Shown: piece by piece, positions 24,401 through 37,624 of the stretch
How positions within the stretch are numbered: position 1 is the first letter of the stretch
How the letters are laid out: every line of letters starts with the position of its first letter
Assembly (NCBI GenBank): GCA_002189035.1
Contig: NEEC01000013.1
Coordinates: forward strand, 2,542,001 to 2,606,000
DNA: 64,000 nucleotides
Direction of reading: 5' to 3'
DNA from: Utricularia gibba
Lineage: Eukaryota; Plantae; Magnoliophyta
Program-made: the position numbers and the translations under genes
The notes under the pieces: generated by a model
Seen by the model: only the letters and a program-made list of their open reading frames with translations
What the model was told of the DNA's origin: nothing
The model's database searches: none

Positions 24401-25204
24401 ATTGAAGCAAGAGATCTTGTGGCTGCTGATCTTCGAGGAACAAGCGACCCATATGTTAAAATACAGTATGGGAATATGAAGAGAAGCACCAAAGTCAGTT
24501 AGTTTCCTTGAACCGGAGGCTTCCTCTTTTTTTTTTCCCCACTTTTTTTGTTCAGTTCAGATGAACTAACTCCAGATGCATATTCATCCAGGTTGTTCCC
24601 AAAACTCTGAACCCGAAATGGCATCAAACGTTTGAATTTCCAGACGATGGTAGCCGGCTTACACTGACCATAAAAGATCACAACGCATTGTTGCCAGAGA
24701 CCGCAATAGGAGACTGTGTTGTAGATTATAACATGCTGCCTCCAAATAAAATGGCCGAGAAATGGATACCGCTCCAAGGAGTTAAAAGGGGAGAAATCCA
24801 CATTCAAATTACAAGAAAAGTAGGTGAACAAGAAACTGGACCGCACATCTCCAAGGCTTCCTCCAAGTCTTCTGAAGAACTTAATCGCCAGATCTCTGAT
24901 CAGGTTTTGTGTTAAATCAGTGAATTTAATAGTACGGGATCACAGTTATCAAGATTGGTTTCTCTTTTTTCTTGATGCGCAGATCAAGGAAATGTTGATG
25001 AAGATAAGGTCCCAAATGGATGATGATGATGTTAGTGGTCTATCTGAGACGGTGACTGAGCTTGAAATTCTGCAGGACTCACAGGATGAATACATTACCA
25101 GGCTTGAGACAGAGCAAAGGCTGATGATTGACAAAATAAATCAGCTTGGACAAGAGATTTTCCATTCCTCAGCTCCTCTGCACAGAGTTGAGAGTGCTCC
25201 CTAA
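21480..25204 (+). CDS. Synaptotagmin-like protein with N-terminal TM, SMP domain and three C2 domains (At3g18370/SYTF type), about 12 exons
   Basis: N-terminal TM segment, TPLEHCEWLNKLFIEVWP (SMP start), and C2 motifs VVEGKDFPVKDKLGKSDPYVKLHYGK and LIEARDLVAADLRGTSDPYV. C-terminal coiled coil. Confidence 0.9.
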
Positions 25205-25687
25205 GCTCTCCTTGTCTCTATGTAGTTGTATATTACATACATGTATCCTCATAATCACGTAACACACAATAAAACCCACATTGGTAGTTAGATGTGAATT
25301 CTGTAGTTGAACATGTTCATGAAAAATAATACAAAAAGACATACATCTTCATATGAAAAAAAAAAAAAAAGAAATATATAATCTGGTTGAAAGGTTAAAT
25401 CTTCAGAATAAAGATGAAATTTGCGTTAGATTTTTTGCATATATGGAGAATACTCAGAGTATAAGGAAAAAAGATGATTACATTACACTTGGTCACTATC
25501 GTAAAGCAAGGGCAAGCGCCGTACAGAGATCCGGTACTCCATCTAGAACAGATTGGAAAAGGGAACAAATTCGAAAGATGAAGATGTAGCAACGACAGTG
25601 TAAAAATCTGCGGCTCTCTGTTAGTAGTTAGAGAGGAGGGAAAGCTTAAAGACCTAGAAACACTTATCCATCAGATGGCTGTCAAGT

Positions 25688-27996
25688 TCAGTGACCATCT
25701 TCTTCCTCATGGCTTCCTTTATGGCCTGGATGTTCACCGAGTCTCTCCTGCCGAATCTTGAAATGTTAAATCGAATCCAGTGGCAACCATACGAAGAAAC
25801 TAAGGAATGCTGGAAGATTTTCCATTTCCCTACCTTGAGGGAAGCATTCTGAGACAGAAGCTGCTCATATTCACTCTTTAAGCGAGTGATCTCAGCCCTG
25901 AGAGACATATTTTCCTCTTTTAGAGCTTCAGCACGTTGGGCAAGCTCATCACATTCCGCCTGGATTGCAATGCAACACAACAGTCAGGAAAATATACCCG
26001 AACTTGAAACACATACAGGCGTTTCAGGGCACAACTTACTTGCTTACGCAGTCTTGACCTCCGGGCAGATTCCCTGTTAGATTGCTTTCTTCTCTGTCTT
26101 TTGAGCTCTCTTTCGTCCTGGATATTAAACATATAAAAAACAATGATGTACACGAAAGATGCAATTTCAATTTATTTTACAAATTCCAACTCTTTAACAG
26201 ATTCGTGTAAAGAAAAGCGACCTGAATCCACATCTGTGACTGGATACCATCGTGTGTGCCAGGAGCAACCACTCCTCCAGTTACTGGTGCAGCCGGGACC
26301 TTTCCATGCATTGCAGGAATAGTGGGTGATGTTGCGGTGCCCCAGTAGTCAATTCCAATATTCAAGTTTGTTTGTGGGCCAGGAATGCCACTAACAGCGC
26401 CTACTGCAGGAACAGGCACAATCGGAACAGTTTGCCCTATCATAATATGAGGGCCACTAGATCCACCATTTTGTGAGGTTGAACCGTTTTGAGACGGCTC
26501 TTCTGTTGCTGCTTCCAAAGTAATGAAATAAATTTAGGTGGTTAAAGAGTAATAAGGGCTAAAATAGAGTGCAAATTCCTAAAGAAAACCTGAATCTGGT
26601 CGATCAGAAGACTTCACTTGGGATTCCTGGAAATCAAATTAGAACAAGTAGATCAAAGAAAATCCTAACGAGCAATGTCAATTAAAAAAATTATAACTTC
26701 CACTTGAAGGTAACATCGGGGAGCCAGCTTCATGGATGAACTCCACATTCAAGTGAAAGATATGTAAATCGCCGACTTCAAAAGCAAAACTTACATGTTG
26801 GGAATTCGCATCACTCCCTTCACTTGACCCTTCACTTGCACTCTCATCACTGAAAATTAGTTAACACATGAATTGAAAATTAAAAAGAATGTGGAGGCGC
26901 AATATGAGAAAATTGGGTAAATTTGACACATCAATAACGTACGAACTTTTGCGTCACTCAAGGTTCATTTACCTTTTTGAATGAGCACCATTGGCTACTG
27001 CACCTGATTCATTCCCACGTTCATTTTTTTTCCCAGTTATCATATTTAAACTACCCAAACTTCCCTTGGATCGCTTAATGGGTAACTTTGCTTTCCCTTC
27101 AGGTGACTTGCCGTCCACTTCAACACTAGGCCCAATAACCTTCACAGACATGCAAGGAGAAATTGAATAATTACCAAGGAGGAAATACGGAAAAATATAA
27201 AAAGACAAATGCAACCACAAGGACTACTCACAGGGGCCTCAACAATACCATTAGACGAGGGCATACCGAATGGGCTAAAAGGGTAAGCTCCCTGAAAAAA
27301 GATAAAAAGATGAATCAGTAGAATAGGACTTCTTGAAGAATAGTATTATTAATCACAAATATTGATGAGCAACTACCGGGGTCATTGTTGGATGTGCATA
27401 TAAGCCTCCATGGGGATACATGGCAACGTATGGGTGTGGTGGAGGACCATAGGGTGGAATAAATTGCTATAAACAAGTCAAAATGGAACGAAAAAAAATG
27501 GTAAGGTAATGCTGCCACCTGGAGTAAACTCGATGAGAAGAATTGCAAATAATAATAATAGTATGCGACTCTTTTGCTAGATAAGAGAACCAAAAAAATG
27601 TAGAGCAAATGAGGCGGTTCATACCTGCACTCCCCACATGTACGGGTGCGCTTGAGGACTTGAAGCTAGGAAACCATGGGAGGCATGGGTGAATATGCCT
27701 AAGGGTATAATAGTAAGTACGCATGAGAATCAGATGCCCAGGAAAATGATTACGTAATGAGTCAACAACGTTTAAACATTGTAAACCTGAAAACCCGTCC
27801 AGTCAGCAGGAATTGCGCCTGAAGCAGCCGGTATCTGCTCCTGATACAACACGAAACATTTTCAATCTGGAAATAATAAATCTAGGAAAAAGAATTCCAT
27901 CGGACGTATGAGCAACAATGCCTGTGAAGTAGGAGTCCTTGCATCGTTTGCTTCTTTGTCCTCTTTAGAGGACTTATCCGCTTCACTACTACTCAT
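25688..27996 (-). CDS. bZIP16: Group G bZIP / G-box binding factor (bZIP16/bZIP68 type), about 12 coding exons, apparent 1-nt deletion at 27678-27680
   Basis: Pro-rich N-terminus (DWTGFQ|AYSPMPPHG..HPYMWG), [27 protein letters not shown], and bZIP domain [26 protein letters not shown]|[11 protein letters not shown]. Confidence 0.9.
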
Positions 27997-28876
27997 GATG
28001 TAACTTGGCACTTTCTTCTAGGTTGCTTCAGATATCCTGTCACAGTAACCATTTCCTCAGGTTCAGTGCATGCTTGCACAAAATCCTAACTTGCAGAACA
28101 TAAAACATCGGGCGTAGAGGAAGGACTTGTAAGTTATCTAGAAGAACCAATGATAAAAAACTAAGAAAAAAATCAGCCATTACTAGAGGTGAGAAAAGCT
28201 CCGACCAAACAAATTACTACCACAAGGTCTTAGCAATATTATCGACCGGAACTGCCTTACCGCAACTCTTTTTCCTGGATGATCACACAGAAGCGGAAAA
28301 AAAAAAAAGAAAAAGAAAAACTCAAAGCTACGATGTATCCAATAAAACAAGCCTAATTTTGGTGCTCACGGGATAAAGATTTCGACTTTGAATGAGAATT
28401 GCGTACCAAAGAGAGATTCCGCAATCCGAGTCACTGAACCAACTGACCACCGCCAATTCACCTGTTCAATAACTTACAAAAATCCAGAAACGCGTCCTCC
28501 TAAGTGGAACGAGCGTGGCCATGAAGGAAAAACTGACAACTCAGCTCAGGAATTTCCTCAAAACAGGGACAAATAATGTAGGGAAAACAGGCTTACGAAT
28601 CCAGGAGGAGGAAATTAGAGATCCTTCATGAAGATCGTAGGCATAATTGTGTCGTGGTACCGTGGATTTGCAGCGGTGGGAGGCAGAGAAGCCGATGTGG
28701 TGTCCACCGTGGATATGACGAACGGATGGATGATTGGACGGACGGGACGACCAGAGACGCGTTATCCAGGGCTGTAATTCAACCACGTATTCACCCTCTT
28801 TTCTGCCCTTATTTTTAGGGTTTTCTCCCCCAAGAAATCGATTATCTATTTGGCAAACACCACCGACGAATTTCGA

Positions 28877-28882
28877 CACGTG
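28877..28882. promoter_or_regulatory. G-box (CACGTG) upstream of the bZIP16-like gene
   Basis: Exact hexamer in the short intergenic region 5' of the gene. Confidence 0.4.
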
Positions 28883-29098
28883 ATGCACAAAATTATTTTC
28901 CTAAACAAATAATAAAATTTTTCTACGGTCCAAATAAATAAATAATATATACCCCCCTTTCATTTCATAAACATATCAAAATTCCCGATGCCACACCTTT
29001 TGTTGCTGGTGCCTTCTGAATCATCATTCAGCTTTACATCATACTCAAAACAAGCAGAGAACAAGTTCAATATGGCATCCAGTCACTACTACTGTCTT

Positions 29099-29164
29099 CT
29101 GGCTCTGGCTCTGGCCCTGGCCCTGGCCCTGGCTCTGGCCCTGGCCCTGGCCCTGGCTCTGGCT
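29099..29164. repeat. (CTGGCY)11 hexamer tandem repeat with pattern T,T,C,C,C,T,C,C,C,T,T
   Basis: Direct reading. Lies about 60 nt past the B3 stop codon. Confidence 0.95.
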
Positions 29165-29225
29165 CAGGCAGACAGTTTTGATAGTGAGTAGTTAGTTCAT
29201 GAACACTGCACAGCAGAGAGCTGGA

Positions 29226-31264
29226 TCAGAGATGGGAGGGAGTGATTTCAATGGCGTAAACCTCATCCTCATCCTCATCAAGGCGAAAATGGCAGACATC
29301 ACCAGGTTGGATGAGGTTCTGCCTGCAGAATTTGTCCCAGTTAAACGTGAGGGCGGTCAAGGTGGGAAAGCTTAACTGCATGACTGCCCACGTTCGCCCT
29401 CCTGGGTCTTTCAGGTATACAACCCTCCCGGTGTTGACGGTTTTTTTCTTTTTCCGATTCACCCACGGAGGGATCTCCTGCAAAACGATGAAGGAAAGGC
29501 ATGTGAAGAGCCAGACGACTGCAGCACCCACAGCTGAATTCAAACGCATGAAGAAAAGAGGGAAACTCCTCGGAAATGTTGCATGATACCATGAAGAAAA
29601 GGGATTTCACTACAGCCGAGAAGCTGCTGTTACAGCTTGAAAAACGTTGACGAGGCTCCGTTTTTACTACTGAAGGAAGCATCCTATCTTTCTGTTTCCT
29701 ATGTTGTTTTGGCTGCGCATATGCATTTTCACGCACCTGATCATCTTCACTTCCTGCAGTTGCATTTTCACCACACATTTCAAAAACATACAAGGACTAA
29801 TGAAGAGGGACACTTTACATTAGAGACCCCCAAAGTGAGTGTAGAAAAGATTCAGCATGCCATGTCATGATCAATTCTGAAGGAAAACAGCAGTGAAATG
29901 TGCTATAACGCTTACGGTTCATTAGCTTCTGGTCACCTCCACCACTAGGATGGCGGGTGTGAGTGGAACCAGAAAAGAACGGCTTCTTATCCAGCTTTTC
30001 CTTTTTAATTTCAAAATATGAAACTTCAGTATGCAAGTCACGGCTCTCCACCTGAGGCTGCAATACAGGATGAATTGTTTCAACTGAGGGCTCGTTAAAT
30101 TCCAAGTTGACATCATGCTGAACTAATGTATTGATGTTCTCCATCCCACTACACTCCAAGATTACAGTTGTATGATCGCCTTCCATAGCAGATGCTGCCG
30201 TGACCTTGTTCCAGGAATTTTGCGGCTTCACGTCTACTTCAAACAATTGAAAATCATAATCTGCTGTTTCATATTGCTCACAAGCTATTCCAGTAGGTGC
30301 TCTCAAGTTCACATCTTCCTCAGGCTTATCACGGGACACCTCAGAAATCCTGCAGATTTGAGCTTTCGGGGCAGTTTCAGCATTGCATTTCTTTAGTGCA
30401 CCTTTCAATGCTTTTCCAATGGAGGTAAATGATTTTTTTGTGGGCAAAGCTGACACATCCTCGCGGGGGAAGATCTCAGGAAAAAGCCTGTTGATGTTCT
30501 CGGTATCCCTTAAAGCATTGGATTCAGTTTCTTTCTCCATCTCAAATCTGGACAAATCTAATAAAAACCTCTTGTTATCTCTTTCACTGGGCACATCTCT
30601 TACCAGCATGCAAGGTTCCTTAAATTGAACCATGGGCAGCTGCTTTCCATATTTGGCCTTTTTTGCATTAGTGTTCTCCCCGTGCAGACGATCATGAACA
30701 ATTTCAATCCCCAAAAACGTTTCTGCCATTGGCTTTTTGTTCCGTTGGGACGTGAAGTCCTTTCTTTCACAGCCACTAATTCCATATATCGCAACAACAA
30801 AGTGGCGGTCTTTGATATATTTGAAAACCAAAAACTCCCCTTCTTTAATATCATGGTCCAAAACGAACATGTGCCATCCCAGAGTAAAAGCCAGTGAGCC
30901 ACCAACAGATTTCAGTGTCACAGCCCACTGCTTCCCACTTGAATCCTCCATTAAAATCCCTTGGCCATCTAAGTGGACTAATCGCCTAGCAAAAGTAGGA
31001 GGTAGGTACTGCAAATAGAACCACAAAAAAGTCAAGCTTATAGATAAGCATACAGTTGCTGCACAAGGCTAATACAATGCAACTGGATATTTAAAAAGAT
31101 TCCCAATGGGCAGGAGACAGCCACTGAAGTACCATAACCACTGGGAAGCCTTCTCCGAGCATGATTTTGAAGAAACTCTCTTCAGATAAGGAGCCAAGTT
31201 GTCCTGGTTGTGTTAGGACACAATCTGTAGCGTACTCATCGCTTCTTAAGCGTCTTCTTGCCAT
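29226..31264 (-). CDS. B3 domain protein (REM-like) with N- and C-terminal B3 domains; the start may extend to 31987
   Basis: B3-1: FFKIMLG..|YLPPTFA..LMEDSSGKQWAV..FTLGWHMFVLDHDIKEGEFLVFKY. B3-2: EIPPWV..VYLKDPGGRTWAV..NWDKFCRQNLIQPGDVCHF. Confidence 0.85.
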
Positions 31265-33010
31265 ATTTCCACCTTCGTTCAGACAACCACTTCCTATAAA
31301 TACAATAAAATTAACCGAAACACCTAATGCTTGTAACTATTACGCTCAGCAAATGATCAATATACGCCATGACACTTCAGATAGTGAAAAATGAGGAAAA
31401 ACATTAAAATTTTGAGAAAACAAGAAATCGCTTCTTACTTTGCGAACGGAAAGCAGAATTTTTATCTTACACTTGCACCTGCGTACTACAATCAATTTTT
31501 ACAAAAACAAAAAAAAAGTAAAAAAACAGAGAAACCGTTTACCATAAGAACTTGTCAAAACATGGAAGCAAGAAAAACTTCTATTAGCGAAAACAACCTA
31601 TCCAAACAACTCGTTTCTAGTGTAGGTCTAACAGCCACCATCGCCATCTCCATACACACAACACATGATACATTTCTTTTTCTAAGCAACCCACCAAGCA
31701 CAGAACCCAAAATCTCATTGATTGCGAAAAAAAGGCAGTTACGTCAAGTGGTGGAGCTCATGAAACCAAGCGTGAACGATAACGCACAAAAAAAAAAAAA
31801 AAAGAAAAAAAAACCAGAACTCAGGAAAAACGCGGAAACGAAACACAGCTACAGAGTGTGTAATCCGAAGAAACGACACCTTGAACCGAAGAAATCCGCC
31901 AACCGCCCCTCACGGCTAGCTTCGTTTCCCTTGGGTCTTTGAGTTGTCAGGGTGGCGGCATTCTGCGTTGGATTCGATCGGAGCCATGGAAGTAACCGGC
32001 GGATGTAATGACGGAGCCGGAGAGTAGACAGAGGGTCACGAGGGAATGTGTATTAATTACTAGAAGGACAACGCTCCTTAATTTCGAGTTTATTGCAGGC
32101 TATATACTCCTTGGAACGCAGCAGATGTCCCCCTCCCTTACCTCGGAACTCTAAAACCCATCGGACCCAATCCTAGTTGTTGGTGAAACCGACCGAGTCA
32201 GGGGGGATCCCTTTACTGCCAGAAACCTGGTTACGCAATATTATCGATTTGAGAACAGACAGTTGTTGGTATTCGCTGATTTTCGATGCCAATCACCAAG
32301 AATATCATCTGCAGTTGTGGATCCCAGCTACGCAATGGCAAGAAGGTGAACACACCTGTGGATATTATACATCCACACAACTCCCAAACGATATCAGAGA
32401 TCAAAAAAAAAAAAAAAAAGGTGAGCATGTATGCATTCCTACTGCAAGACCAGGCTTGTGGTAAAGGACTAAATTGCTATGCGACACTACAAAAATGGGC
32501 ATAACCGTTACGGATGTCCAAACAAGTAACAAATCTACCAACTCATATGGTAGAAAAGTAAATCATTGTCCCATCCCACCCGAGGGAACAATTCTAGGCA
32601 ATTGTTGCATCACTTACATTTGTTCACCCACCAGTAAACTTGCAGTGTTGGGTAGTATAGTCCAGGACAAAACAGAAACAGAGAAAACCTGAGAATTGTG
32701 AACATAAACCAGTTTCTTTTCTCATTGAGAACATTATTACCACCTGGGCTGAGAAGCTCTACCAAATGGGGCGTCCCTCTATAAGCCACCCCTGCAGAGC
32801 AGAGATCACAAAAAGGAATAAGAAAAAACAAAAAAAAATTCTTAACCTCTCAGAGTCAGGACTGAAGTGCCTCCATAATTTTATTATATCAACACAAAAA
32901 GAGTTATCGTCATGGGACATGCTCTTCATATATGTAAGTGATGTACATAACAATGATGAGATTCAGCAGTAGTAGTCTTGGTCTTGATAGACAGCCTGCA
33001 GGTCCGCCAG

Positions 33011-36000
33011 TCACATCACGATGCACTTTTCTTTCGATTTAGAGGAGGATGGGGTCGTCACCTTCCCACCAACTCGCGAAACCTGCCAGAAATACCATCT
33101 TTTTCAACCTAATATCCCTCGTGCCATCAGACATCACATAGGTGGTGGGTTTCATTGGGCCAAACAATCAACACAAATGGTATCTGTATCAACAGTGTCG
33201 TAACTAGACAAAGGAATACTGACGTGGGTAGCTCAATTTTACATCTACTTATTGCCTATACCCCATGCTCGTTTTGCTTACTTGCTAGCAACATTGAAAA
33301 TCCCTCATCTCTATAGCAAAACAGCATGAAAGAAGAGACAGCAGAAAACATCAGGTGTTGGAAGGAGAAAAACAAATGGTGGGTATTAGCAATGCAACAG
33401 GTTATATCATGATGAAGGAAATGAACTAAAAGAAGATAAGCTAATCATTAGCTTAAGAAGATCAATCTTCTCACTGCAGCAGCGTTGTATAATCATGACT
33501 AAGGAATTAGACTGCTAGACAATGTAATGATTTGGGTTCCAGGTTATAAAATAAGAAGCCTTCATAAGTCACCTGTGGACCCGTGATCAGCCTTGAGCCA
33601 CCAATGCTAACAGGAGGCTGTGGGTTACGTTGTGGTTGCTGTTCCTGCTGCTGATCAAACTCTTGTTGTTGAAGAGCTATCGCCAACTGTAAGTCAGAAC
33701 TGTGCAACAAAAGATTATAGGGACTATATATGCCACTTAAAAGGAACGGACTGTATATGCTACTTAAAAGGAAATTGATTTTTACACGATCCAGATAATT
33801 CTCATCGCAACAAAAAGCCAGATATGTCACCTCAGAAACATTTACGCTGAAATAAGTTAAAAATAAAAGGAAACCAGAAATACTGAAGCCATTGGGAGAA
33901 ATGCCAGGCAACAACTTATAGGGACAGAGAGGAAAAAGTAGAATGAATCCAAATGTACAATTTCAAGGAACAAAAACAACACAGACAAGCGGCAAGAACT
34001 TAGCATTTAAAAATAAACAAGCATATAAAGTTGCAGTTTGAGATTTACTTGAAACTTGAATTTGCTTGGGTGCTTTCAATTTTAGCAAGGTACTCCTACA
34101 CACAGAAAAACTCCAAATTAAAACCAGAACCATAAATAGGAGACAAGTAACGTATCAAAATGCTCACAGAAGTATTGGCCATGACATTCTGCTCATCCCA
34201 TATGCTGTTTGAATGCTCATTCACCTTGAATTCCTCAAAGTTACCAGTCACAAAGACTGTATCACCATTCACCTGACAAGGGAATATGGAGTACACTTTT
34301 CAAGTTTGAACTAAAAATATAAAGAGCCAGACTAAAAATACATGACACAATTTTTATCTCGAGTAAAGCCATAGGAGTGAGGAAATAAAGTTTGCATGCA
34401 TATATGTTTCAAGAGTATATGCTCCATATTCCACTAATATCTGCTAGTACAAAAATGCAAAACAGAATTATGACTCAGAAGCCGAGATTTTGTTTTTGAT
34501 TCTATATTGAATATTCTCAACACAATGTCTCTAGAAATATGGTAAACAAGATGTCAGAAGTGATAAGGTAGCTAATCTTCCGTAAACAACTAACCTCATT
34601 TAGTTTTTCCCACACCAAATCTGGCTGGTTGATGTAGCCTTGGTCAGTTGCTAAAATATACAGCTCACCCTTGTACTGAACGACAACAATTCGGATTTCA
34701 AGTCATATATATTTTCATTCAACATAAAATCAACAGAAAATCGTACACTACATCAATTCCATAAGTAGAGTATTATGCTTCAACTTGAAGAGGAGCCTTG
34801 TATATTTAACAAGCAGAAATGAACGATAAAAGTATTGACGTTTTAATGCCCATTAGAGATAAAGTTATATAAGCATGGATTTGAATAAAAAGTGTAGTAC
34901 GAAAATTGTATAAGCATGGATTTGAATAAAAAAGTGTAGTACAAAAATTGATAGTTCCATAAATGGCATTTGCGATGAATGCAAACAAGTATATCTTTCT
35001 AGCTGCATAAGCCTGAACTAACCTTAAACATTGTGTTAAAATGGTTATTTCTGAAAAAAACACAAAGTTCACGCTCCTTCACTTTCTCCTGCAAGCAAAA
35101 CAGGCTACAGGGGGCATACTACAATCAGAACTATTCAGTGCAGTCGCTAATGGCTATACTCTAAAAAATGCAGTAAATGGCTAATGAATATACCCGTATA
35201 TTGTCAACTGACTCGCGCTGTTCTTAATGAAAGTCCTTATAACATCCCCTAATGACAATGAGTGGAAGAATCAGTACAAAAACAGCAGGGTTCATCCAAA
35301 AGATGATGTTGAAATAGATCAAAAATTCAAAACATCCATTATGAAACGATAATTATTCACTCAGGTACCTTCCTTAGGAGATAATTTCTCCAAGCTTTTA
35401 GTGGAATTGTTATGCATAAAGCCCTTATCTACTTGTTCCGCTAGAACCACCTCTCCCTCATATATTGGCTCACGTGATTCATAAATCATTCCGCCTGACT
35501 CCAATATGCATTCTTCGCCTTCATATATTGGTTCATTGATCTTTAAAACAGACGATATTAGTTCAGGTTTATCAGACTGAATCTTCTGGCCAGCAGATGA
35601 ATTGGATTCAGCAGCTTCACCCAACAAGCCAGGAGGATCCTTTCCATCAACACTGGAATCTTCTGGTTTTGTTTCAAGGTCTGTAGCCAATGTGTTTTGA
35701 GAATCTTCATCAGACACTGCTACGAGGTGTGAATGAGTTGGAGCAGTATTCTCTTTCGCAACAGATACAAAATGAACTGTGTCACCCTCAGTTCTTGAAT
35801 CAGAAGCATCAACAGAGCCACTTGGCTTTGCGGCTTCTTCTTTGGCATCTTTAATGAAACTGGCATCACTGTCCTTTGACTCTGTCGACATGGTAACTTC
35901 TGGGAGTAGTACAGTGGACTTGAAATCCTCTTCAGTATTCACGAGGGCATTGCAGTCGTGAGACGCTAACTTCAAATTCTCCATTGTATGATTAGTATCA

Positions 36001-37624
36001 TCATCTCTCACATTTTCTAAGCCAACCAGAGAATGTGATTCCTTGGCATTCAGGCCTTCGTATGGATAAGCATCACCAACTACACCAGACACCAACGCAC
36101 CAGATGTTTCTGCCTCTGATAGCTTCAAAACCCTTAATATATCCTCAACTTCTTCAGCATCCCCCTTCCGCATTGTATGGGGAGAATCATCAAAAGACTG
36201 CCCTCTAGAAAGACTTGGAGAAGGCACTCCAAGAGCTGCAGTTGTGGCAGCAACAAAATCAACACTGCTTTGTGTATCCAGTGAAACAAGATCACCCATT
36301 AGGGAATTGTATGACTTCGAACCAACAGCACTTGCAGTTTCGGAGTCCTAAAACTCGTGCATCAAGAAAATTTTGATGAGATAGAGGTTGGACAACCAAT
36401 GCAGTTTGAAATTTATATGTTTTAACATCTACATATATGAAGCATAATAAATTAAAATTTCCCAATTAAACATTCAGGGTCCCCATGTGTCAGCATAACC
36501 CATTGACCCCAAGTGAATAGCTTATGCATTCCCTCATCATTAAGAACTAAAAGGCATGTACCTGTGGGTCAACGATCCAGCCATGATATAGTGGAATATC
36601 CAGTAAATCAAATATCGCACACTCTGGAGTGAACTCGAAATCATCAATTCTGCACAGCTTCCGAGTTTGTATCATAAACTTATAATGATACGCAAATACA
36701 TATAAATGCAACATAAGAACATTCAGTGTGCCTCTTTTTAGTGTTGTATTTGTGGGAAGGGTTTAAAACGTCACATATCATTAACAAGATTCTCAAATAT
36801 GCAAACTGTGATAATTGCATACCTTCTGAACTTTATGTTGACATCAATGCCAGTGGCGAGCCTAGGAAGTAAATCAATTGCATCTGCAATATTCTGCTGC
36901 TGGTTTTCTGCATAGCTATTGTCGTTGTTCTGCCAGCCCAAATTTCATGTCAAACAGAACAAATATCATGTCAAACAGCATACACATGTATCTTGTTAAT
37001 TGAATCATGACATATTCTGTTCATTATTGACAGGTGGAGAAACATCAGTTACATTGGTACTAATGTTTGAGTCAATCAACCGCTCAGCAACAAGAGAGAG
37101 CAACTTCTCCTGTGAAACCTCCGCTGCATCTGAACTCAAGCTTAAACTGTTCTTCAGTGAAAGGACATTGCCTACAAAAAAATTAAACGTCAAGACAGAC
37201 GAAAAATAGAATATCACTAAGCGCGTTGTATTAATGCGTACGCTAATGGACTACAATCATCAAAAGCACGCGCACAGAGTAAAACAAAAAAAAGGCATCC
37301 ATTAAAACCTAAAAACATTTTAGGTAACGGAGCATTAAATGCTCTAACCCATCTCAGAACAGATTTCACGCACGCGCACACACAAACACGCACAAAAACA
37401 ACGAAATCGAATCGAAAGCATCGGGTGCAGAAGTATCAATTACAGATAGCAAGGAGCGGGCATGGGCCATTATCGTTTTGAAGAATAATGGGGGCCTCTC
37501 GCCCCAAGAAGTGTATAACTTTCATCCTGTGCATCATCTCCTTATCCTTTGCCTCGGGCTTCGTCTCCATCTCCGGCTGCACGACGGCGGACGTCGTCGC
37601 CGTGGTCTCCTGGGAAGAATCCAT
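33011..37624 (-). CDS. MINDY-1/2 (FAM63/DUF544) K48 deubiquitinase with MIU motif and C-terminal CaaX
   Basis: Catalytic Cys in ILQNDNGPCPLLAICN, IPLYHGWIVDPQ, catalytic His in FFRNNHFNTMFK, ELYILATDQGY, the MIU-like SDLQLAIALQQQE, and the terminus KEKCIVM*. Confidence 0.9.
34868..34950. repeat. Two-copy tandem duplication of about 41 bp inside a MINDY intron
   Basis: tataagcatggatttgaataaaaagtgtagtacgaaaattg is followed directly by a near-identical copy. Confidence 0.9.

Noticed and set aside
31391-31942. 183-aa Lys-rich plus-strand ORF
   Set aside because: Antisense to the T-rich B3 intron; the Lys runs come from poly-A tracts.
32177-32950. Several short ORFs and splice-like signals between the B3 promoter and the MINDY stop
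   Set aside because: No consistent gene model; most likely MINDY 3' UTR and B3 promoter sequence.
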